Of a stretch of 64,000 bases of DNA, positions 16,281 to 31,840 are shown one piece after another; positions within the stretch are counted from its first letter, which is position 1, and each line of letters starts with the position of its first letter. Both the position numbers and the translations under genes were made by a program. This DNA is from Bugula neritina (taxonomy: Eukaryota; Animalia; Bryozoa). A model generated the notes under the pieces. That model worked only from the letters and a program-made list of their open reading frames with translations. It was not told where the DNA came from and did not search any database. The stretch is taken from contig OZ037765.1 of the NCBI GenBank assembly GCA_964035545.1, positions 14,766,698 through 14,830,697 on the forward strand, read 5' to 3'.

Positions 16281-18320
16281 TACACTGTAACAGACTGAAA
16301 TGTACTGTAACACACTGAAATATACTGCAACATGCTGAAATACACTGTAACATACTGAAATATACTGCAACATACTGCAACATACCGAATTACACTGTAA
16401 CAAACTGAAATACACTCCAACATACTACAACATACTGAAATACACTGTAACGTATTGAAATACATCGCAACACATTGAAATATACTGCAACACACTGAAA
16501 TATACTGTAACACACTGTAATATAATGCAAGTTACTACAACATACTGAAATACACTGTGACATACTGAGTTACACTGCAACACCTTGAAATATAGTGCAA
16601 CACACTGAAAGATACGGCAACATACTGAAATATACTGCGACACATTGAAATATTCTGCAGCATACTGAAATATGCTGTAGCATACTGAAATATACTGTAA
16701 CACACTGAAATATACTGCAACATACTGAAATACATTGTAACATACTGAAATATACTGCAACATACTGAAATACACTGTAACATACTGAAACATACTGCAA
16801 CATACTGCAACATACTGAAATACACTGTAACATACTGAAATACACTGCAACATACTGTAACATACTGAAATACACTGGAACATATTGAAACACACTACAA
16901 CACATTGAAATATACTGCAACACACTGAAACATACAGCAACATACTGAAATATACTGCGACACATTGAAATATACTGCAACACAGCTAAATATAATGCAA
17001 GATACTGCAACATTCTGAAATACACTGTGACATACTGAAATACACTGCAACATACTTCAACATACTGCAACATACTGCAACATACTGAAATACACTGTAA
17101 CATATTGAAGTCCACTGCAACACATTGAAACATACTGCAACACACTGAAACATACGGCAACATACTGAAATATACTGCAACACATTGAAATATACTGCAA
17201 CATAGTCAAATATAATGCAAGATACTGTAACATTCTGAAACACACTGTGAGATACTGAAAAACACTGTGACATACTTAAATACACTGCAACATACTGCAA
17301 CATACTGAAATACACTGCAACACATTGAAATAAACCGCAACATACTTAAATATACGGTAACATACTGAAATATACTGTAACTCATTGAAAAACATTGCAA
17401 CATACTGAAACATACTGAAATATGCTGTAGCACACTGAAATACACCGCAGTTCACTGAAAAAAAGTGTAATATACGGAAATGTACCGTAACATACTGAAA
17501 TATACTGTAACAGACTGAAATGTACTGTAACACACTGAAATATACTGCAACATGCTGAAATACACTGTAACATACTGAAATATACTGCAACATACTCCAA
17601 CATACCGAATTACACTGTAACAAACTGAAATACACTCCAACATACTACAACATACTGAAATACACTGTAACATATTGAAATACATCGCAACACATTGAAA
17701 TATACTGCAACACACTGAAATATACTGTAACACACTGTAATATACTGCAACATGCTGCAACATACTGACATACACTGGAACATACTGAAATACACTCCAA
17801 TATACTACAACATACTGAAATATAATGCAAGTTACTACAACACACTGAAATACACTGTGACATACTGAGATACACTGCAACATACTGAGACATACTGCAA
17901 CATACTGCAACATACTGATATACACTGTAACAGACTGAAATGTACTGTAACACACTGAAATATACTGCAACATGCTGAAATACACTGTAACATACTGAAA
18001 TATACTGCAACATACTGCAACATACCGAATTACACTGTAACAAACTGAAATACACTCCAACATACTACAACATACTGAAATACACTGTAACGTATTGAAA
18101 TACATCGCAACACATTGAAATATACTGCAACACACTGAAATATACTGTAACACACTGTAATATAATGCAAGTTACTACAACATACTGAAATACACTGTGA
18201 CATACTGAGTTACACTGCAACACCTTGAAATATAGTGCAACACACTGAAAGATACGGCAACATACTGAAATATACTGCGACACATTGAAATATACTGCAG
18301 CATACTGAAATATGCTGTAG
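15800..18320 (+). repeat. ~1700-bp tandem duplication, second copy partial with a 60-bp deletion
   Basis: ORFs 15910..16095 and 17610..17795 are identical (+1700). GAGTTACACTGCAACACCTTG occurs at ~16567 and ~18207 (+1640). Confidence 0.8.
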
Positions 18321-21300
18321 CACACTGAAATATACTGCTGCATAGTCAAATATAATGCAAGATACTGTAACATTCTGAAAAACACTGTAACATACTTAAA
18401 TACACTGCAACATACTGCAACATTCTGCAACATACTGAAATATACTGTAACACATTGAAATACACTGCAAAACCTTGAAATATACTCCAACACACTGAAG
18501 GATACAGCAACATACTGAAATATACTGCGACACATTGAAATATACTGCAACATACTGAAATATGCTGTAGCATACTGAAATATACTGCAACACACTGTAA
18601 TATACTGCAACATACTGCAACATACTGACATACACTGGAACATACTGAAATACACTCCAACATACTACAACATACTGAAATACACTGTAACCTACTGAAA
18701 TATGCGGTAGCACACTGAAATATACTGCAACATACTGAAATATAATGAAAGTTACTACAACATACTGAAATACACTGTGACATACTGAGATACACTGCAA
18801 CATACTGCAACATACTGCAACCTACTGCAACATACTGAAATACACTGTAACAGACTGAAATGTACTGTAACACACTGACATATACTGCAACACATTGAAA
18901 TATACCGCAACATACTGAAATATGCTGTAGCACACTGAAATACACTGCAACTCACTATAATATGGTGTAATATACAGAAATGTACTGTAACATACTGAAA
19001 TATACTGCAACATACTGAAGTACACTGCAACATACTGCAACATACTGAAATACACTGTAACATATTGAAATACACGACAACACATTGAAATATACTGCAA
19101 CACACTGAAGGATACGGCAACATACTGAAATATACTGCGACACATTGAAATATACTGCAACATACTGAAATATGCTGTAGCATACTGAAATATACTGTAA
19201 CAAACTGTAAAATACTGCAACATACTGCAACATACTGACATACACTGGAACATACTGAAATACACTGCAACATACTACAACATACTGAAATACACTGTAC
19301 CCTACTGAAATATGCTGTAGCACACTGAAATATACTGCAACATACTGAAATATAATGCAAGTTACTACAACATACTGAAATACACTGTGACATACTGAGA
19401 TACACTGCAACATACTGCAACATACTGAAATACACTGTAACCTACTGAAATACACTGCAAAATACTACAACATACTGAAATACACTGTAACATTATGAAT
19501 TACACTGCAACACATTGAAAAATACTGCAACATATCGAAATATATAATAAACAACTGAAATATACTGTAACACATCGAAAAATACTGCAACATACTGAAA
19601 TATACTGTAACACACTGAAATATACTGCTACATACTGAAATACATTGTAACATACTGAAATATACTGCAACATACTGCAACATACTGAAACACGCTGTAA
19701 CATACTGAAATACACTGCAACATACTACAACATATTGAAATACACTGCAACACATTGAAATATACTGCAACACACTGAAACATACGGCAACATATTGAAA
19801 TATACTGCAACACATTGAAATATACTGCAACATACCGAAAATAACTGCAACTGTGCAATATAATGAAATATACTGCAAAAATACTGAAATATACTGCAAC
19901 AATTTGAAAGTTACTGTATGATACTGACATATACTGAAACACACTGAAACATACTGCAAGATACTGCAACATACTGAAACACACTATAACATACTGAAAT
20001 ACACTGCAACATACTGCAACATACTGAATTACACTGTAACATATTGAAATACACTGCAATACATTGAAATTTACTGCAACACACTGAAACATACTGCAAC
20101 ATACTGAAATATACTGCAACATATCGAAGTATATTGTAATATACGGACATGTACTGTAACATACTGAAACATACTGAAACATACTGAAACATAGTGAAAT
20201 ATACTTCAACATACTGAAATATACTGCAACATACTGCAACATACTGAAATACACTGTAACATACTGAAACACACTGCAACACATTGAAACAAACTGCAAC
20301 AAACCTAAATATACGGTAATATACTGAAATATACTGTAACACATTGAAAAACACTGCAAGATACTGAAATATGCTGTAGCACACTGAAATACACTGCAAC
20401 ATACTGAAATACACTGTAAAATACTGAAATACACTGCAACATACTGCAACATACTGAAATACACTGTAACCTACTGAAATACACTGCAACATACTACAAC
20501 ATACTGAAATACACTGTAACATTATGAATTACACTGCAACACATTGAAATATACTGCAACATACCGAAATATATGGTAAACAACTGAAATATACTGCAAA
20601 AATACTGAAATATACTGTAACATACTGAAAGATACTGCAACGTACTGAAATACACTGTAACATACTGAAATACGCGGCAACATACTGCAACATACTGTAT
20701 TACACTGTAAGATCTTGAAATACACTGCAACACATTGAAAGTTACTGCAACATTCTAAAATATACTGCAACATACTGCAACATACTGAAATACACTGTAA
20801 CATACTGAAATACACTGCAACATACTGCAACATACTGAAATACACTGCAACACATTGAAATAAACCGCAACATACTTAAATATACGGTAACATACTGAAA
20901 TATACTGTAACTCATTGAAAAACATTGCAACATACTGAAACATACTGAAATATGCTGTAGCACACTGAAATACACCGCAGTTCACTGAAAAATAGTGTAA
21001 TATACGGAAATGTACCGTAACATACTGAAATATACTGTAACAGACTGAAATGTACTGTAACACACTGAAATATACTGCAACATGCTGAAATACACTGTAA
21101 CATACTGAAATATACTGCAACATACTGCAACATACCGAATTACACTGTAACAAACTGAAATACACTCCAACATACTACAACATACTGAAATACACTGTAA
21201 CATATTGAAATACACCGCAACACATTGAAATATACTGCAACATACCGAAATATATGGTAAACTACTGAAATATACGGTAACACATTGAAACATACCGCAA

Positions 21301-22129
21301 AATACTAAAATACACTGCAATACACTGAAGTATACTGTAATATATATAGAAATGTACTGTAAAATACTTAAACATACGACAACATACCAAAAAATATACT
21401 GCAACATACTGAATTACACTGCAATATCCTGAAATATACTTCAACATAATGAAACATACCTAAAAACATTGAAATATACTGAAATACAGTGTAGGATATT
21501 GAAATACACTGCAACAATTTGGAATATACAGCAACATACCGAAATATATGGTAACCTACTGAAATATGTTGCAAACTACTGAATTATACTGCAACATACT
21601 GCAACATAATGAAATATACTATAACACACTGGAATAAACTGCAAAATACTGAAATATACTGTAACATACTGAAACATACTGCAACATACCGAAATATACT
21701 GTAACATACTGAAATATACTGCAAGAAACTTCAATATACTGAAATACACTGTAACATACTGAAATACACTGCAACATACTGCAACATACTGACATACACT
21801 GGAACATACTGAAATACACTGCAACATACTACAACATACTGAAATACACTGTAACCTACTGAAATATGCTGTAGCACGCTGAAATATACTGCAACATACT
21901 GAAATATAATGCAAGTTACTACAACATACTGAAATACACTGTGACATACTGAAATACACTGCAACATACTGCAACATACTGCAACATACTGAAATATACT
22001 GTAACATACTGCAATATACTGCAACACATTGAAATATACTCCAACACACTGAAGGATACAGCAACATACTGAAATATACTGCGACACATTGAAATATACT
22101 GCAACATACTGAAATATGCTGTAGCATAC

Positions 22130-25100
22130 TGAAATATACTGTAACACACTGTAATGTACTGCAACATACTGCAACATACTGACATACACTGGAACATACT
22201 GAAATACACTCCAACATACTACAACATACTGAAATACACTGTAACCTACTGAAATATGCGGTAGCACACTGAAATATACTGCAACATACTGAAATATAAT
22301 GAAAGTTACTACAACATACTGAAATACACTGTGACATACTGAGATACACTGCAACATACTGCAACATACTGCAACCTACTGCAACATACTGAAATACACT
22401 GTAACAGACTGAAATGTACTGTAACACACTGACATATACTGCAACACATTGAAATATACCGCAACATACTGAAATATGCTGTAGCACACTGAAACACACT
22501 GCAACTCACTATAATATAGTGTAATATACAGAAATGTACTGTAACATACTGAAATATACTGTAACATACTGAAATCTACTGCAACATACTGAAGTACACT
22601 GCAACATACTGCAACATACTGAAATACACTGTAACATATTGAAATACACGACAACACATTGAAATATACTGCAACACACTGAAGGATACGGCAACATACT
22701 GAAATATACTGCGACACATTGAAATATACTGCAACATACTGAAATATGCTGTAGCATACTGAAATATACTGTAACACACTGCAAAATACTGCAACATACT
22801 GCAACATACTGACATACACTGGAACATACTGAAATACACTGCAACATACTACAACATACTGAAATACACTGTACCCTACTGAAATATGCTGTAGCACACT
22901 GAAATATACTGCAACATACTGAAATATAATGCAAGTTACTACAACATACTGAAATACACTGTGACATACTGAGATACACTGCAACATACTGCAACATACT
23001 GAAATACACTGTAACCTACTGAAATACACTGCGAAATACTACAACATACTGAAATACACTGTAACATTATGAATTACACTGCAACACATTGAAAAATACT
23101 GCAACATATCGAAATATATAATAAACAACTGAAATATACTGTAACACATCGAAAAATACTGCAACATACTGAAATATACTGTAACACACTGAAATATACT
23201 GCAACATACTGAAATACATTGTAACATACTGAAATATACTGCAACATACTGCAACATACTGAAACACGCTGTAACATACTGAAATACACTGCAACATACT
23301 ACAACATATTGAAATACACGACAACACATTGAAATATACTGCAACACACTGAAGGATACGGCAACATACTGAAATATACTGCGACACATTGAAATATACT
23401 GCAACATACTGAAATATGCTGTAGCATACTGAAATATACTGTAACACACTGCAAAATACTGCAACATACTGCAACATACTGACATACACTGGAACATACT
23501 GAAATACACTGCAACATACTACAACATACTGAAATACACTGTACCCTACTGAAATATGCTGTAGCACACTGAAATATACTGCAACATACTGAAATATAAT
23601 GCAAGTTACTACAACATACTGAAATACACTGTGACATACTGAGATACACTGCAACATACTGCAACATACTGAAATACACTGTAACCTACTGAAATACACT
23701 GCGAAATACTACAACATACTGAAATACACTGTAACATTATGAATTACACTGCAACACATTGAAAAATACTGCAACATATCGAAATATATAATAAACAACT
23801 GAAATATACTGTAACACATCGAAAAATACTGCAACATACTGAAATATACTGTAACACACTGAAATATACTGCAACATACTGAAATACATTGTAACATACT
23901 GAAATATACTGCAACATACTGCAACATACTGAAACACGCTGTAACATACTGAAATACACTGCAACATACTACAACATATTGAAATACACTGCAACACATT
24001 GAAATATACTGCAACACACTGAAACATACGGCAACATATTGAAATATACTGCAACACATTGAAATATACTGCAACATACCGAAAATAACTGCAACTGTGC
24101 AATATAATGAAATATACTGCAAAAATACTGAAATATACTGCAACAATTTGAAAGTTACTGTATGATACTGACATATACTGAAACACACTGAAACATACTG
24201 CAAGATACTGCAACATACTGAAACACACTATAACATACTGAAATACACTGCAACATACTGCAACATACTGAATTACACTGTAACATATTGAAATACACTG
24301 CAATACATTGAAAGTTACTGCAACACACTGAAACATACTGCAACATACTGAAATATACTGCAACATACTGCAACATACTGAAACACGCTGTAACATACTG
24401 AAATACACTGCAACATACTACAACATATTGAAATACACTGCAACACATTGAAATATACTGCAACATACCGAAATATATAGTAAACTACTGAAATATACTG
24501 TAACTCATTGAAAAACATTGCAACATACTAAAACATACTGAAATATGCTGTAGCACACTGAAATACACCGCAGTTCACTGAACAATAGTGTAATATACGG
24601 AAATATACCGTAACATACTGAAATATACTGTAACAGACTGAAATGTACTGTAACACACTGAAATATACTGTAACACACTGTAATGTACTGCAACATACTG
24701 CAACATACTGACATACACTGGAACATACTGAAATACACTCCAACATACTACAACATACTGAAATACACTGTAACCTACTGAAATATGCGGTAGCACACTG
24801 AAATATACTGCAACATACTGAAATATAATGAAAGTTACTACAACATACTGAAATACACTGTGACATACTGAGATACACTGCAACATACTGCAACATACTG
24901 CAACCTACTGCAACATACTGAAATACACTGTAACAGACTGAAATGTACTGTAACACACTGACATATACTGCAACACATTGAAATATACCGCAACATACTG
25001 AAATATGCTGTAGCACACTGAAACACACTGCAACTCACTATAATATAGTGTAATATACAGAAATGTACTGTAACATACTGAAATATACTGTAACATACTG

Positions 25101-27199
25101 AAATCTACTGCAACATACTGAAGTACACTGCAACATACTGCAACATACTGAAATACACTGTAACATATTGAAATACACGACAACACATTGAAATATACTG
25201 CAACACACTGAAGGATACGGCAACATACTGAAATATACTGCGACACATTGAAATATACTGCAACATACTGAAATATGCTGTAGCATACTGAAATATACTG
25301 TAACACACTGCAAAATACTGCAACATACTGCAACATACTGACATACACTGGAACATACTGAAATACACTGCAACATACTACAACATACTGAAATACACTG
25401 TACCCTACTGAAATATGCTGTAGCACACTGAAATATACTGCAACATACTGAAATATAATGCAAGTTACTACAACATACTGAAATACACTGTGACATACTG
25501 AGATACACTGCAACATACTGCAACATACTGAAATACACTGTAACCTACTGAAATACACTGCGAAATACTACAACATACTGAAATACACTGTAACATTATG
25601 AATTACACTGCAACACATTGAAAAATACTGCAACATATCGAAATATATAATAAACAACTGAAATATACTGTAACACATCGAAAAATACTGCAACATACTG
25701 AAATATACTGTAACACACTGAAATATACTGCAACATACTGAAATACATTGTAACATACTGAAATATACTGCAACATACTGCAACATACTGAAACACGCTG
25801 TAACATACTGAAATACACTGCAACATACTACAACATATTGAAATACACGACAACACATTGAAATATACTGCAACACACTGAAGGATACGGCAACATACTG
25901 AAATATACTGCGACACATTGAAATATACTGCAACATACTGAAATATGCTGTAGCATACTGAAATATACTGTAACACACTGCAAAATACTGCAACATACTG
26001 CAACATACTGACATACACTGGAACATACTGAAATACACTGCAACATACTACAACATACTGAAATACACTGTACCCTACTGAAATATGCTGTAGCACACTG
26101 AAATATACTGCAACATACTGAAATATAATGCAAGTTACTACAACATACTGAAATACACTGTGACATACTGAGATACACTGCAACATACTGCAACATACTG
26201 AAATACACTGTAACCTACTGAAATACACTGCGAAATACTACAACATACTGAAATACACTGTAACATTATGAATTACACTGCAACACATTGAAAAATACTG
26301 CAACATATCGAAATATATAATAAACAACTGAAATATACTGTAACACATCGAAAAATACTGCAACATACTGAAATATACTGTAACACACTGAAATATACTG
26401 CAACATACTGAAATACATTGTAACATACTGAAATATACTGCAACATACTGCAACATACTGAAACACGCTGTAACATACTGAAATACACTGCAACATACTA
26501 CAACATATTGAAATACACTGCAACACATTGAAATATACTGCAACACACTGAAACATACGGCAACATATTGAAATATACTGCAACACATTGAAATATACTG
26601 CAACATACCGAAAATAACTGCAACTGTGCAATATAATGAAATATACTGCAAAAATACTGAAATATACTGCAACAATTTGAAAGTTACTGTATGATACTGA
26701 CATATACTGAAACACACTGAAACATACTGCAAGATACTGCAACATACTGAAACACACTATAACATACTGAAATACACTGCAACATACTGCAACATACTGA
26801 ATTACACTGTAACATATTGAAATACACTGCAATACATTGAAAGTTACTGCAACACACTGAAACATACTGCAACATACTGAAATATACTGCAACATACTGC
26901 AACATACTGAAACACGCTGTAACATACTGAAATACACTGCAACATACTACAACATATTGAAATACACTGCAACACATTGAAATATACTGCAACATACCGA
27001 AATATATAGTAAACTACTGAAATATACTGTAACTCATTGAAAAACATTGCAACATACTAAAACATACTGAAATATGCTGTAGCACACTGAAATACACCGC
27101 AGTTCACTGAACAATAGTGTAATATACGGAAATATACCGTAACATACTGAAATATACTGTAACAGACTGAAATGTACTGTAACACACTGAAATATACTG
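22130..27199 (+). repeat. Near-perfect tandem duplication, 2 x 2529 bp (junction ~24659)
   Basis: Identical ORFs at +2529: 22376..23029 = 24905..25558, 23737..24408 = 26266..26937, 24315..24518 = 26844..27047. The private variant GTAATGTACT is at 22151 and 24680. Confidence 0.93.
22633..23989 (+). repeat. Nested tandem duplication, 2 x 670 bp (repeated again at ~25162-26518)
   Basis: GAAATACACGACAAC at 22641 and 23311; GCGAAATACT at 23031 and 23701. ORFs 23074..23289 = 23744..23959 and 25603..25818 = 26273..26488. Confidence 0.9.
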
Positions 27200-28259
27200 C
27201 AACATGCTGAAATACACTGTAACATACTGAAATATACTGCAACATACTGCAACATACCGAATTACACTGTAACAAACTGAAATACACTCCAACAAACTAC
27301 AACATACTGAAATACACTGTAACATATTGAAATACACCGCAACACATTGAAATATACTGCAACATACCGAAATATATGGTAAACTACTGAAATATACTGT
27401 ATCACATTGAAACATACCGCAAAATACTAAAATACACTGCAACACACTGAAGTATACTGTAATATATAGAAATGTACTGTAAAATACTTAAACATATGAC
27501 AACATACCAAAAAATATACTGCAACATACGGAATTACACTGCAATATCCTGAAATATACTTCAACATACTGAAACATACCTAAAAACATTGAAATATACT
27601 GAAATACAGTGTAGGATATTGAAATACACTGCAACAATTTGGAATATACAGCAACATACCGAAATATATGGTAACCTACTGAAATATGTTGCAAACTACT
27701 GAAATATACTGCAACATACTGCAACATAATAAAATATACTATAACACACGGGAGTAAACTGCAAAATACTGAAATATACTGTAACATACTGAAACATACT
27801 GCAACATACCGAAATATACTGTAACAATCTGAAATATACTGCAAGATACTGCAATATACTGAAATACACAGTAACATACTGAAATACACTGCAACATACT
27901 GCAACATACTGACATACACTGGAACATACTGAAATACACTGCAACATACTACAACATACTGAAATACACTGTAACCTACTGAAATATGCTGTAGCACACT
28001 GAAATATACTGCAACATACTAAAATACACTGCAACACATTAAAATATACTGCAACATAGTCAAATATAATGCAAGATACTGTAACATTCTGAAAAACACT
28101 GTAACATACTTAAATACACTGCAACATACTGCAACATACTGAAATACACTGCAACACATTGAAATAAACCGCAACATACTTAAATATACGGTAACATACT
28201 GAAATATACTGTAACTCATTGAAAAACATTGCAACATACTGAAACATACTGAAATATAC

Positions 28260-31200
28260 TGCGACACATTGAAATATACTGCAACATACTGAAATATGCT
28301 GTAGCATACTGAAATATACTGTAACACACTGTAAAATACTGCAACATACTGCAACATACTGACATACACTGGAACATACTGAAATACACTGCAACATACT
28401 ACAACATACTGAAATACACTGTACCCTACTGAAAGATGCTGTAGCACACTGAAATATACTGCAACATACTGAAATATAATGCAAGTTACTACAACATACT
28501 GAAATAAACTGTGACATACTGAGATACACTGCAACATACTGCAACATACTGAAATACACTGTAACCTACTGAAATACACTGCAAAATACTACAACATACT
28601 GAAATACAATGTAACATTATGAATTACACTGCAACACATTGAAAAATACTGCAACATATCGAAATATATAATAAACAACTGAAATATACTGTAACACATC
28701 GAAAAATACTGCAACATACTGAAATATACTGTAACACACTGAAATATACTGCAACATACTGAAATACATTGTAACATACTGAAATATACTGCAACATACT
28801 GCAACATACTGAAACACGCTGTAACATACTGAAATACACTGCAACATACTACAACATATTGAAATACACTGCAACACATTGAAATATACTGCAACACACT
28901 GAAACATACGGCAACATATTGAAATATACTGCAACACATTGAAATATACTGCAACATACCGAAAATAACTGCAACTGTGCAATATAATGAAATATACTGC
29001 AAAAATACTGAAATATACTGCAACAATTTGAAAGTTACTGTATGATACTGACATATACTGAAACACACTGAAACATACTGCAAGATACTGCAACAGACTG
29101 AAACACACTATAACATACTGAAATACACTGCAACATACTGCAACATACTGAATTACACTGTAACATGTTGAAATACACTGCAACACATTGAAATTTACTG
29201 CAACACACTGAAACATACTGCAACATACTGAAATATACTGCAACATATCGAAGTATATTGTAATATACGGACATGTACTGTAACATACTGAAACATACTG
29301 AAACATACTGAAACATAGTGAAATATACTTCAACATACTGCAACATACTGAAATACACTGTAACATACTGAAACACACTGCAACACATTGAAACAAACTG
29401 CAACAAACCTAAATATACGGTAATATACTGAAATATACTGTAACACATTGAAAAACACTGCAAGATACTGAAATATGCTGTAGCACACTGAAATACACTG
29501 CAACATACTGAAATACACTGTAAAATACTGAAATACACTGCAACATACTGCAACATACTGAAATAAACTGTAACCTACTGAAATACACTGCAACATACTA
29601 CAACATACTGAAATACACTGTAACATTATGAATTACACTGCAACACATTGAAATATACTGCAACATACCGAAATGTATGGTAAACAACTGAAATATACTG
29701 CAAAAATACTGAAATATACTGTAACATACTGAAAGATACTGCAACATACTGAAATACACTGTAACATACTGAAATACGCGGCAACATACTGCAACATACT
29801 GTATTACACTGTAAGATCTTGAAATACACTGCAACACATTGAAAGTTACTGCAACATTCTAAAATATACTGCAACATACTGCAACATACTGAAATACACT
29901 GTAACATACTGAAATACACTGCAACATACTGCAACATACTGAAATACACTGCAACACATTGAAATAAACCGCAACATACTTAAATATACGGTAACATACT
30001 GAAATATACTGTAACTCATTGAAAAACATTGCAACATACTGAAACATACTGAAATATGCTGTAGCACACTGAAATACACCGCAGTTCACTGAAAAATAGT
30101 GTAATATACGGAAATGTACCGTAACATACTGAAATATACTGTAACAGACTGAAATGTACTGTAACACACTGAAATATACTGCAACATGCTGAAATACACT
30201 GTAACATACTGAAATATACTGCAACATACTGCAACATACCGAATTACACTGTAACAAACTGAAATACACTCCAACATACTACAACATACTGAAATACACT
30301 GTAACATATTGAAATACACCGCAACACATTGAAATATACTGCAACATACCGAAATATATGGTAAACTATTGAAATATACGGTAACACATTGAAACATACC
30401 GCAAAATACTAAAATACACTGCATTACACTGAAGTATACTGTAATATATATAGAAATGTACTGTAAAATACTTAAACATACGACAACATACCAAAAATTA
30501 TACTGCAACATACTGAATTACACTGCAATATCCTGAAATATACTTCAACATAATGAAACATACCTAAAAACATTGAAATATACTGAAATACAGTGTAGGA
30601 TATTGAAATACACTGCAACAATTTGGAATATACAGCAACATACCGAAATATATGGTAACCTACTGAAATATGTTGCAAACTACTGAATTATACTGCAACA
30701 TACTGCAACATAATGAAATATACTATAACACACTGGAATAAACTGCAAAATACTGAAATATACTGTAACATACTGAAACATACTGCAACATACCGAAATA
30801 TACTGTAACATACTGAAATATACTGCAAGAAACTGCAATATACTGAAATACACTGTAACATACTGAAATACACTGCAACATACTGCAACATACTGACATA
30901 CACTGGAACATACTGAAATACACTGCAACATACTACAACATACTGAAATACACTGTAACCTACTGAAATATGCTGTAGCACACTGAAATATACTGCAACA
31001 TACTGAAATATAATGCAAGTTACTACAACATACTGAAATACACTGTGACATACTGAAATACACTGCAACATACTGCAACATACTGCAACATACTGAAATA
31101 TACTGTAACATACTGCAATATACTGCAACACATTGAAATATACTCCAACACACTGAAGGATACAGCAACATACTGAAATATACTGCGACACATTGAAATA

Positions 31201-31840
31201 TACTGCAACATACTGAAATATGCTGTAGCATACTGAAATATACTGTAACACACTGTAATATACTGCAACATACTGCAACATACTGACATACACTGGAACA
31301 TACTGAAATACACTCCAACATACTACAACATACTGAAACACACTGTAACCTACTGAAATATGCGGTAGCACACTGAAATATACTGCAACATACTGAAATA
31401 TAATGAAAGTTACTACAACATACTGAAATACACTGTGACATACTGAGATACACTGCAACATACTGCAACATACTGCAACCTACTGCAACATACTGAAATA
31501 CACTGTAACAGACTGAAATGTACTGTAACACACTGACATATACTGCAACACATTGAAATATACCGCAACATACTGAAATATGCTGTAGCACACTGAAATA
31601 CACTGCAACTCACTATAATATAGTGTAATATACAGAAATGTACTGTAACATACTGAAATATACTGTAACATACTGAAATCTACTGCAACATACTGAAGTA
31701 CACTGCAACATACTGCAACATACTGAAATACACTGTAACATATTGAAATACACGACAACACATTGAAATATACTGCAACACACTGAAGGATACGGCAACA
31801 TACTGAAATATACTGCGACACATTGAAATATACTGCAACA
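28260..31840 (+). repeat. Dispersed copy of ~19140-22735 (offset 9124, then 9104 after a 20-bp deletion)
   Basis: Near-identical ORFs: 19465..19959 / 28589..29083, 20494..20733 / 29598..29837, 21576..22499 / 30680..31603. Confidence 0.85.
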
